A DNA stretch of 64,000 bases from Balanoglossus misakiensis (Eukaryota > Animalia > Hemichordata), in contig CM082588.2 of NCBI GenBank assembly GCA_040954595.2, positions 10,648,844-10,712,843 of the forward strand, written 5' to 3'. A program made the position numbers and the translations under genes. Each line of letters starts with the position of its first letter. Position 1 is the first letter of the stretch. The notes beneath the pieces are model-generated. The model ran no database searches, had not been told where the DNA came from, and saw only the letters and a list, made by a program, of their open reading frames with translations. This document shows, one piece after another, positions 22,101-33,700 of the stretch.

Positions 22101-25100
22101 TTTTGAGCAGGAATGTTCTTTGATCAGGTGGTGATGTGTTTATAAATACCACTTGTCTTGTAGCTTTAGTAAGTGACAACTGCAGGATGATGTAAGCAGC
22201 CTCTTGTGCACTGATTTCTACATTGTTAAGGAATTTATTTCCAATATGTCTGACCTGTGCTTTCAGTTCCATATTGCCTTTTCTGGCTTCTTTGCATGCT
22301 TGGTCAAGTAATGCACTCATGCCTCTTTGGGATTTACTGATATAGGATACAATGTACATGGCACAGGCGTATGGATCTAAAACAAACTGTAGATCATGAT
22401 TTGCTCCCCATGCAGACAATAATAATTTCATGTAGGCATTGACACGTAAATCACTTGGTTCTCTTTTGAGAAATATTGTGGTAGTTTTGAGTGAACTCTG
22501 AATGCATTTTATGTATTCATCATGACTGATTTGCAGCTCAGTAGATAGGAAGTCATCATATGATATTGGTTTGCCTTCTTTCATATCATCCAGTTTTTGT
22601 TTGATTTCTTCATATTTCTGTTTGTAATGTTGTTCTTCATCTGGATCAGCATTTAATGGTGAGAGAATCATTGTTTCTGACATAGGAGGCATTGGGTATC
22701 CAAAACGACATACAGGTTTGCCTTTTACTCGGCATGTCTTAGAGTGCTTATGTGTCTGCAGATTCAATACTTCAGCCATTTCACTTGGTACATTGGAAGA
22801 ACAAGATACATATATGTCAATGAAATCAATCACTTCTGTTGGTGTGTTTTGTTGATAATTTGGTGCATTCTCAATCCACATTAGCATATGGATGTGTGGT
22901 GAGCCACGTTGTTGAAATTCCACTCTGTAGAAGTAATCAGTGATTTTGCCCAATGGATCACATGGACCTCTAAGTACTGTATTGATGAATTCATGAATTC
23001 TGTGGTCAAAGAAACGAGCACATGTCACTGGGTCAGATTGAAGTAACCTGGACTTTGTAGCCCAATCCATGGCTTTAAGTTCATCAGCAGTATATTTCTT
23101 ACCATCTACAAGTGTACCCAGTATTTGATGTAAGTCAATCCACTTTGTGTCAGCACTAGACAGAGAACAAAACCATGTTGGTAAACCAAGTTGTCTAATC
23201 ATTGCAAATACATCTTTCTTCCTCTTTTCTAGATAGGGTGGTGAATTGCGCAAATCTCTGAATATGTAAAATCCGTCATCAAGTCTAAGTAAATCACTTA
23301 CTCTTTCTGGATTTAATAAATCTGCAACTTTGTAAGTTCTGCCTTCAGTTTTACATCGTCTCAATGCAAGGTGGACTTTACTACTGATCTGTTTTAACTG
23401 CAGTTTCTTCACTTTGAAAAACATATTTGGTACAGAGTTTGCAACGCGTCTATCAACATTACGCAATTCCCATTTACAAACATCACTGTAATGTACATTT
23501 GAGGTGTGGATTTGATCAATATTTCTGCGTTGTCCACAGAATATAGTTGGAAAGGCTAGATATTCTGCATCTGTATCATTGAACAGACTAAGAGGGCGTT
23601 GACCTTCACCAGGGGCAAATGTTAAAATTTGATTACGATAATCTGAATCATCAAGTAAAGTGTCCATATTAGCAACAGCTCCCTCTGCTGGATCAACCTC
23701 ACTGAATTTATCAGAATCAGAATCTGATTCAGATTCAGGATCATCAGCTTGCTCTTGTTCAGTGTTTGTATTTTCAATAAATACAGCCATATCATTATCT
23801 GTGTTTTCAAATTCCTGAGACCAGTTGTGATTAATTGGAATACCTGAATTTTGGTACAAAACACTGTTTTTCATGAGCCACACAAGTGCTGCCATCACTT
23901 TATTTGGTCGAATATTTTCTGTAAATTCACTTCGCGTGTACGATAGTTTTCGTTTCAGTTTGACTGGTATAGTAGCTGAATCATCTAGCATTCTTGGCAG
24001 AGCATTAACAGTAGGGGTGATATCTGTTGGAATATTGACTACCGGACCAGATAATGACCTTTGACCTCCACGTGGCAAACTGCACATATGCATGAATGGA
24101 ATTCTGAGTGCTATCAATCTTTCTTCCAAAGGGTGCAACTGTAACTGTGGTGGAATATCAGGGAAATTAACATTATTAGCTATAGACAATCTGGGGATTT
24201 TACCAGCAGATATGGATCTGTAGCATGTGTTACACACCCACTCTATATTGTCAACAGAAGTGTATGCAGTCAAACATTTTGATGCAATGCCTCGTTCAGA
24301 TAATTTGGCAGCAGGAGTAACAGATTTTCTGAACCAAGTTTGATGACATGATGAGCAGACATAGACAGGGCCTTGTGATACAGTTCTATGAAATATATTT
24401 ATGCATGCCTGCAACGATTCCCCGCATAATTGTCGGGTCTCAAAACCTCTATGTTTGCTAAAACCATTGTGTGTAACATGTTGTTTTTTGTCAATTTGAA
24501 ATGTTTGAATTTTTTCACTGCATTTCACAAACTTCTTTTGTAAGTTTTCTTTTTTTCTGAAGTTTCTATCCTGTCTCTTCATTTTTCTGTAGATCTGTTG
24601 CTTTTTGTTTTCGTGCTCTTTGAAGGTTTTACTTTTGCGTGAAGTCTTGATACGTGCCTGTGACTGTATTTTCTCATTTTGTCGAAATGTGGAATTTTGA
24701 CGCAGACTTTTAATGTGTTCTTTCAGTTTTGGCTTTTCTTTTTCTCGGAATGCAGGATTTTGACGCAAAGTTTTAATGTGTGCTTTAAATTTCACCTTTT
24801 CTTTCTCTCGGAATGCAGGATTTTGACGCAGAGTTTGCTTGTGTGAGTTTAATTTCACCTTTTCTTTCTCTCGGAATGCAGGATTTTGACGCAGAGTTTG
24901 CTTGTGTGAGTTTAATTTCACCTTTTCTTTCTCTCGGAATGCAGGATTTTGACGCAGAGTGTTAATGCGTGATTTCAATTTGACCTTCTCTTTCTCTCGG
25001 AATACAGGATTTTGACGCAGAGTTTGCTTGTGTGAGTTTAATTTCACCTTCTCTTTCTCTCGGAATGCAGGATTTTGACGCAGAGTGTTAATGCGTGATT

Positions 25101-27890
25101 TTAATTTGACCTTCTCTTTCTCTCGGAATACAGGATTTTGACGCAGAGTTTGCTTGTGTGAGTTTAATTTCACCTTTTCTGTCTCTCGGAATACAGGATT
25201 TTGACGCAGAGTGTAAATGCGTGATTTCAATTTGACCTTCTCTTTCTCTCGGAATACAGGATTTTGACGCAGAGTTTGCTTGTGTGAGTTTAATTTCACC
25301 TTCTCTTTCTCTTGGAATGAAGGATTTTGACGCAGGATTTGTATGTGTGATTGCAATTTTTCCTTTTCTCTCTTTCTATATTGTGGGTTTGCACGTATTG
25401 TTCTTTTTTGATATTGTTGAGATAACTTTTCTCTGTCTCTGTATTCTACATTCTGGCGCAATGTCTTTATATGTGCTTGCACTTTTGACTTTTCTCTCTC
25501 TTTGAAGTCAGGATTTTGTCTTTGTGCACATTTCCTCTCCTTGTCTCTCTTTCTTTCATTGGTTTTAAATGAAGGATCCTGTCTTTTCAACCGTTTGTAT
25601 TCTCTGTCATATACCTTTCTTGATTTTCTTCTACATGAACCTGATGGAAGTGCATCAATGGTATTAGAAGTTTGCATACACTGTTTATTAGCTTGTAATT
25701 GTTTTTGTGACTCGAAATAGTTGTCTAACAGGTCTGAATGCCTTTGAGTCCGTTGATACAGTCTCTGAGAAGATGAACTCTCTATATGAATGGTTAATTC
25801 TTGAAGTTCATAAGGTGTCATGTTATTGAAGTTAAGGTTATGAAATAATGAATACAAATAGTTTGTTAAATCATTTAGAGTCGGAAAACTCAATACCATA
25901 CTTGAACCGTCAGAACATTGGAAACCATGTGAGTTTCGACTATGAGAATCAAATACGAAGTATTTGCCATCTGTTGCAGAAAGGGCCATGCTGTAGCCAC
26001 CAAGTATTAACATAACTGAGTTACTAGAATTGAACATGTTAATCATAGCATCTCTGAACACCATACATCCTTGTTCATCATAGTCAGACATACAGTCTAA
26101 CATACCAAAGTACAGTCTTCCTTGTGTAATATTGAACTGCACAGAATTCATGTGAACAGTATTTGGCAATTCATCACACATTAGTATTTCAGAAAATAAT
26201 TTATTACTTGCTCTGAGGTCATTTGTGGTTTTAATGTATAAATTATCACCAGCATGTAAAATGTGATCTAAGTCATTAGATGTCAATGTCATCTCTCTTT
26301 CTTTTGATATGCAAAGGAAAGCAAGGGCATTACAAGTACATTGTCTACCTCGTGAATTTATGCTGAAAATATCATTGCCTTGATGAAAACTACCTTGGAG
26401 TACACTGTCTATTGTGTAACTTTCCCAGTGTAAAGTGTGACTATTGTGAGAGGAGTATAATTCTTGTTTGTCATGTGCATCATTTGCACTGTAGTATACA
26501 CAAGAGGAATTTTGATTTGACACACTGGTCGAAGAATTCTTATTGAAGGTTGTAACTGATTGAGTGGCATTAAAACTTTTGATAATGGTACTTGAAGATG
26601 TAGACATATTATTGCTGTATGGTTCTATGCTTGACGATATTGATGTATTGTTATTGGCATTGCCGTACGAATCTGACTTCTTGAATGTTCCTTGTAGCAC
26701 AGGGTGTTTTACTTTACTGGATCCACCCAAACCAGAATCAGACCCAGCTGATATGATTGGTCCATCAGCCTGTTTAAAAATAAACAAGATAAGCGACAAT
26801 TAGAAAATACAGTTACCTTTAATTTCCATCACATGTCCTTATTTGACCCCTGATGAGTACTATGACAATGAGAGCCAATGACAGGTCAATTTTGCGTCAT
26901 ATTCAAATTGGTTTTGTGTATATCATGTACATATAAGTACTATCACTAGTATTTACATTGCAAATGTGTTCAATTAAGCTTTTGTATAAATTTGTTGTAA
27001 TTTCAATACATTTTGCAAAATTTAGCTACTTGCATAATATTTGTATATCACATGTGGACAAAGACATTGCACAAATTAGTAACATGGCTATTGTCACGCC
27101 ACCTCATCAAAAACTACTAGCGGCACAGGGTTGGCCTGCCATTACATTGTCTTACACTCATGTTTCACAATCATTCGAAAGCTCATTGCAACATTGAAAT
27201 TATATCACCTACAAACCTCACCTTTCTACAAAGTTCCATATCAAATAAAACTTTCCCACATAAATCTTTTCCAGTTGAACCTTTTGAAACCACACACTTC
27301 ACCTGACAAATTTAGTCTGGAAAGTTGAACGTACCCTCTATCTACTCTGAAACTACCAAGTTTAAAACAAACTTCAAAACTGGAAAAGGTTTGTGCCTAT
27401 GACTTTTCCCATATAATTACATTGAGAATACCTAGAAAACTCACTTCTACTATTTCTATGAAATATTACACATAGCTCAATCAAATAGAAATAAATGCAT
27501 CCATCAAATATCGTTTGGTCACTGTATTTTTTTTAGATAAACTTTACAAGTGTTTCGCCCATAGATACACCCTCACTGAATATGCTGACTCAGCAATTTT
27601 CCTCAATTATCAACAAAATTCATGGCCTTGTATTTCAAAAGCAAACGCAGTGACATGAGAAGCCAATAATCCAAAATTGAAGACATAACGTTACTTTCGA
27701 TTTTACTGATCATTACGGACTAGCTGCTAAAAGCCTACCCTGCGACCAAACAGTGACGTTGACCAACTTTCCCCTGCTCAAATGAAGAACTCCTTTTCCT
27801 GTTTACAAGTATGTACAATTTTATAGTATGCAAATACACACATACCGATTTTTTCACAGCTGATTTTCTCCAATTCTTTTTCCTTGGCAT
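19168..27890 (-). CDS. Helentron transposase: tegument-type DUB, 21-aa repeats, HUH Rep, PIF1 helicase, EEP endonuclease; exons 27890-27846 (putative) and 26769-19168, about 2548 aa
   Basis: Rep VEFQQRGSPHIHML and YIVSYISK. PIF1 GGAGTGKS, IIDEISMV, GDLFQLKPV, TIHKSQG, YVAISRV. EEP YQNARSL, IAESRL, GDFNFD, LDLIF, SDHKAV. DUB QGSFHQG...GRQCTCNA and FDSHSR. Acceptor tttttaaacag before 26769. Confidence 0.95.
24560..25610 (-). repeat. Coding minisatellite, 63-bp (21-aa) unit, about 17 copies
   Basis: Unit LRQNP(A/V)FREKEKVKLNSHKQT alternates with ...KSRINT; tgacgc recurs at 24761 and 24824. Confidence 0.95.
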
Positions 27891-29232
27891 AATTCTGACC
27901 TTAGTAGCAAAAGACAAGAATGTGATAATATCAATAACAGCATTTTAACATCATTGGTTAGACAACTTGAAACTGCCTAGATAATATGCAAGTAAAAGCC
28001 TGGCAAAAATGTAACATGTACAATTGCTTAATTTTAACATACTCACACAACATATATTTCCATCATTTTTATAGGAGTAATTGAAACTACAACATCAATA
28101 TGACCATCACATGTTCTAGGACTTCCAAAATAGAGAAACACTATGAAAAACTTCAGCTGAAAAATAGAATATGTAATATAATTACCTGCAATTTGATAAA
28201 AAGTGATTCTTCAAGAGCTGGTTAAGTCTCTAACTGTTCCAAAACAATGACAGGAAGTGGCTGCTCATTAGGCTGTTCCTGGCACTGCCACTACTCCCTC
28301 ACATTGCTGGCAACAGTAGCTTGATACTTTGGGGTTCAAAGTCAGCAGATAACAGCCAAGAATTTGGAATCCGCAATTACAGCATAGGGTATACTGGCAC
28401 CGCCTTACGTTGAGAGGTTTGTCAACAATAATATAGTGCAATAGTGCAAACAATATGTTTAGATAGCAACAGATCTAAAGTTATTACAATAATGCCAACA
28501 CATGTTTTGAGCTACTCCTGTGTGTTCTTTCAACTACAGAAAATCAAGCAGTCTTTCCAATGCTGCTACACCTACATAAGTATGGTGTGTGCTACACTGC
28601 CCCAAGGTTATTTCGATACACAAATATAACTGTGACATAATCAGCTCATGTACACTCTAGGAGAGATTGCACTTAGGACTGGGTGTATCAGGGAATAGAT
28701 TACACAAAAACGCTGAAACAGAAAGGCAAACAGCTAAAATGGACAAACCAAAGTGTCCTCATGTAAAGAGTACCTTTCAAAGCACTGGATTTGTTCATAG
28801 AGGCAAAACCAGAAATATGCAAATATCCACAGCACAGTACAATGTCTTACTTCAGTCACCATAAGAAATATGCCTACAACATGCACAGCAATCTGCCAAG
28901 TGGATTCATAGAAACCAATTTTTGGCAAAAAATTGCAAAAAATGCACCAAGAACACAATTATGGGAATGTCACCATACTTTCACGACACCTTAACTTGAA
29001 ATGAATTTTGACCAAATATCCCCAAAATTACAAATATGCAAATTATGCAACAAATTGCCCCAAAATGACCTCAATTGCCTTTCAGTATACCAAGCTTCAT
29101 TCTAAATTTTAAAGCCATTGACCCATAACTTTCAGAAAAATTTGTTTTCACCTAAAATATTGACAAAGACGAAAAAATTCATAAAAAATAAAACATCCAT
29201 GATATCAACTGAACACTTACATGTCGGTCACA

Positions 29233-30188
29233 GGCTTTTCAATTTCAGTCCCAACCCTCCAAACGCGAAGTCTGTACCTGCTCTGGATGCCAAGATATGA
29301 TAAAGTAGGTCAAAGGTCACCTGAGGTCACGAAAAATTTGGGCAAGAAATTTTGACCTAATACTGGTCCATGTTCAATAAAAACCAAACCTATAGCCTTA
29401 TTGGTTAGCCTGGAATTAGGTATGCACATAATTAATGAGATATGCAGGTGTCACAGGTGACCCCCAATTGCGGCTTTTCAATTTTAGTGCCAACCCTCCA
29501 AACGCCAAGTCTGTACCTGCTCTGGATGTCAAGATATGGTAATGTAGGTCAAAGGTCACCTGAGGTCATGCAAAATTTGGGCAAGAAATTTTGACCCTAT
29601 ACTGGTCCATGTTCAACAAAAACCGAACCTATAGCCTTATTGGTTAGCCTGGAATTAGGTATGCACATAATTAATGAGATATGCAGGTGTCACAGGTGAC
29701 CCCCAATTGCGGCTTTTCAATTTTAGTCCCAACCCTCCAAACGCCAAGTCTGTGCCTGCTCTGGATGTCAAGATTTGGTAATGTAGGTCAAAGGTCACCT
29801 GAGGTCATGCAAAATTTGGGCAAGAAATTTTGACCCTATACTGGTCCATGTTCAACAAAAACCGAACCTATAGCCTTATTGGTTAGCCTGGAATTAGGTA
29901 TGCACATAATTAATGAGATATGCAGGTGTCACAGGTGACCCCCAATTTCGGCTTTTCAATTTCAGTCCCAACCCTCCAAACGCCAACTCTGTACCTGCTC
30001 TGGATGCCGAGATATAGGAAAGTAGGTCAAAGGTCACCTGAGGTCACCCAAAATTTGGGCAAGAAATTTTGACCCTATACTGGTCCATGTCCCACCAGAA
30101 CAAAACCTCTAGCCCTATTAGTTAGCCCGGAATTAGGTATGCACATAATTAATGTGTTAAGCAGGTGTTACAGGTGAGCCCAAAAATT
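29233..30188. repeat. Four tandem 239-bp units in the Helentron 5' subterminal region
   Basis: ggcttttcaattt starts at 29233, 29472, 29711 and 29950. Confidence 0.95.
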
Positions 30189-30614
30189 TCCCTTTTATTT
30201 TGGCCCCATTGTGCTCACTGACCAATAGACAATCACTGTACAGGACTATTGCACAGACCAGAATCCCACAATAAGACGTGGACATAGCTTAACCATAGAG
30301 GTATAAGTAAAGGTATAAATTTAATAAAAAGACTAAAAAATCTTTAAAAATAAAACATCCATGATATCAACTTAACACTAAAAGGTCGGTGTGAGGTTGA
30401 CATATGGTACATGCATACCAATTTTCAAAGCAATCTGACCAGTAATTGTTGACTTACAGAGTTTTGATCAATTCCACATTTTACCAGCTAATTTGCATAT
30501 TTTTGGGCCTGGCAACTTCGTTTGGACAAACTCCAATCTACAGCCCAGCCTGCACCTACACACCAAATATTGAGGTGATACGCGCAGCGGTTTTCAAGTT
30601 TTTGATGTGGACGG

Positions 30615-30720
30615 ACATACAGACATACATCCATACATCCATACATCCATCCATACATACATACAGACGCAACCCATCCCATAAGGTCCCATGGTATATA
30701 GGCCTATACCAATGGGACCT
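30615..30720 (-). other. Helentron 5' terminal module: subterminal inverted repeat, stem-loop and tetranucleotide microsatellite
   Basis: aggtccca-tggtata...tatacca-a-tgggacct at 30684-30720; (catc/cata)n at 30616-30664. Confidence 0.9.
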
Positions 30721-33700
30721 AAAAAATGACAAATTTTTGACTGCAAAATCTCAAAATTTCGTCCATTTTTGAAAAAAAATCATGGGTAAAAATCATCAAA
30801 AAATGACAAATTTTCGACTGCAAAATCTCAACATTTCGTCGATTTTTGAAAAAAATCATGGGTGAAAATCATCAAAAAATGACAAATTTTCGACTTTGCA
30901 AAATCTCAAAATTTCGTCGATTTTTGAAAAAAAATCATAGGTGAAAATCATCAAAAAATGACAAAATTTTCGAGTTTGCAAAATCACAAAATTTCGTCGA
31001 TTTTGAAAAAAATCATAGGTTCGTCGATTTTTTTTAAAAAAACATGGGTGAAAATCATCAAAAAATGACAAATTTTCGACTTTGCAAAATCTCAAAATTT
31101 CATCAATTTTTGAAAAAATCATGGGTGAAAATCATCAAAAAATGACAAAACTTTCGACTTTGCAAAATCTCAAAATTTCGTCGATTTTTGAAAAAAAATC
31201 ATGGTTGAAAATCATCAAAAAATGACAAAATTTTCGAGTTTGCAAAATCACACAATTTCGTCGATTTTGAAAAAAATCATAGGTTCGTCGATTTTTTTAA
31301 AAAAAACATGGGTGAAAATCATCAAAAAATGACAAATTTTTGACTTTGCAAAATCTCAAAATTTCGTCGATTTTTGAAAAAAATCATTGGGGAAAATCAT
31401 CAAAAAATGACAAATTTTCGACTTTGCAAAATCTCAAAATTTCGTCGATTTTTGAAAAAAATCATGGGTGAAAATCATCAAAAAATGACAAATTTTCGAC
31501 TTTGCAAAATCTCAAAATTTCGTCGATTTTGAAAAAAATCATGGGTTCGTCGATTTTTTAAAAACAACATTGGTGAAAATCATCAAAAAATGACAAATTT
31601 TCGACTTTGCAAAATCTCAAAATTTCGTCGATTTTTAAAAAAAAATCATGGATGAAAATCATCAACAAATGACAAATTTTCGACTTTGCAAAATCTCAAA
31701 ATTTCGTCGATTTTTGAAAAAAATCATGGGTGAAAATCATCAAAAAATGACAAATTTTCGACTTTGCAAAATCTCAACATTTCGTCGATTTTTGAAAAAA
31801 ATCATAGGTGAAAATCATCAAAAAATGACAAATTTTCGACTTTGCAAAAGCTCAAAATTTCGTCCATTTTTGAAAAAAAATCATGGGTAAAAATCATCAA
31901 AAAATGACAAATTTTCGACTGCAAAATCTCAACATTTCGTCGATTTTTGAAAAAAATCATGGGTGAAAATCATCAAAAAATGACAAATTTTCGACTTTGC
32001 AAAATCTCAAAATTTCGTCGATTTTTGAAAAAAAATCATAGGTGAAAATCATCAAAAAATGACAAAATTTTCGAGTTTGCAAAATCACAAAATTTCGTCG
32101 ATTTTGAAAAAAATCATAGGTTCGTCGATTTTTTTTAAAAAAACATGGGTGAAAATCATCAAAAAATGACAAATTTTCGACTTTGCAAAATCTCAAAATT
32201 TCGTCGATTTTTGAAAAAAATCATTGGGGAAAATAATCAAAAAATGACAAATTTTCGACTTTGCAAAATCTCAAAATTTCGTCGATTTTTGAAAAAAATC
32301 ATTGGGGAAAATCATCAAAAAATGACAAATTTTCGACTTTGCAAAATCTCAAAATTTCGTCGATTTTTGAAAAAAAATAATGGTTGAAAATCATCAAAAA
32401 ATGACAAATTTTCGACTTTGCAAAATCTCAAAATTTCGTCGATTTTTGAAAGAAAATAATGGTTGAAAATCATCAAAAAATGTCAAATTTTCGACTTTGC
32501 AAAATCTCAAAATTTCGTCGATTTTGAAAAAAATCATAGGTTCGTCGATTTTTTTAAAAAAAACATGGGTGAAAATCATCAAAAAATGACAAATTTTCGA
32601 CTTTGCAAAATCTCAAAATTTCGTCGATTTTTGAAAAAAATCATTGGGGAAAATCGTCAAAAAATGACAAATTTTCGACTTTGCAAAATCTCAAAATTTC
32701 GTCGATTTTTGAAAAAAAATAATGGTTGAAAATCATCAAAAAATGACAAATTTTCGACTTTGCAAAATCTCAAAATTTCGTCGATTTTGAAAAAAATCAT
32801 GGGTTCGTCGATTTTTTAAAAACAACATTGGTGAAAATCATCAAAAAATGACAAATTTTCGACTTTGCAAAATCTCAAAATTTCGTCGATTTTTAAAAAA
32901 AAATCATGGATGAAAATCATCAACAAATGACAAATTTGCGACTTTGCAAAATCTCAAAATTTCGTCGATTTTTGAAAAAAATCATGGGTGAAAATCATCA
33001 AAAAATGACAAATTTTCGACTTTGCAAAATCTCAACATTTCGTCGATTTTTGAAAAAAATCATAGGTGAAAATCATCAAAAAATGACAAAATTTCGACTT
33101 TGAAAAAGCTCAAAATTTCGTCCATTTTTGAAAAAAAATCATGGGTAAAAATCATCAAAAAATGACAAATTTACGACTGTAAAATCTCAACATTTCGTCG
33201 ATTTTTGAAAAAAATCATGGGTGAAAATCATCAAAAAATGACAAATTTTCGACTTTGCAAAATCTCAACATTTCGTCGATTTTTGAAAAAAATCATAGGT
33301 GAAAATCATCAAAAAATGACAAATTTTTGACTGCAAAATCTCAAAATTTCGTCGATTTTTGAAAAAAAACATGGGGGAAAATCATTAAAAAATGACAAAT
33401 TTTCGACTGCAAAATCTCAACATTTCGTCGATTTTTGAAAAAAATCATGGGTGAAAATCATCAAAAAATGACAAATTTTCGACTTTGCAAAATCTCAACA
33501 TTTCGTCCATTTTTGAAAAAAATCATAGGTGAAAATCATCAAAAAATGACAAATTTTCGACTTTGCAAATGCTCAAAATTTCGTCCATTTTTGAAAAAAA
33601 ATCATGGGTAAAAATCATCAAAAATGACAAATTTTCGACTGCAAAATCTCAACATTTCGTCGATTTTTGAAAAAAATCATGGGTGAAAATCATCAAAAAA

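Larger units (their letters stand above)
14216..30720 (-). mobile_element. Complete Helentron (Helitron2/endonuclease type), about 16.5 kb
   Basis: Minus-strand 5' end: T-run, AGGTCCCATT, inverted copy, (GTAT/GGAT)n. 3' end: AATGGGACC, short hairpin GTGTC-CTT-GACGC, T-run. Inserted in the A6 tract of satellite A. Carries a Rep-helicase-endonuclease ORF. Confidence 0.95.

Noticed and set aside
19168-26799. Endogenous herpes-like or giant virus suggested by the tegument-type DUB and helicase
   Set aside because: No capsid, polymerase or packaging genes; the HUH Rep, PIF1 helicase and Helentron termini explain the region.
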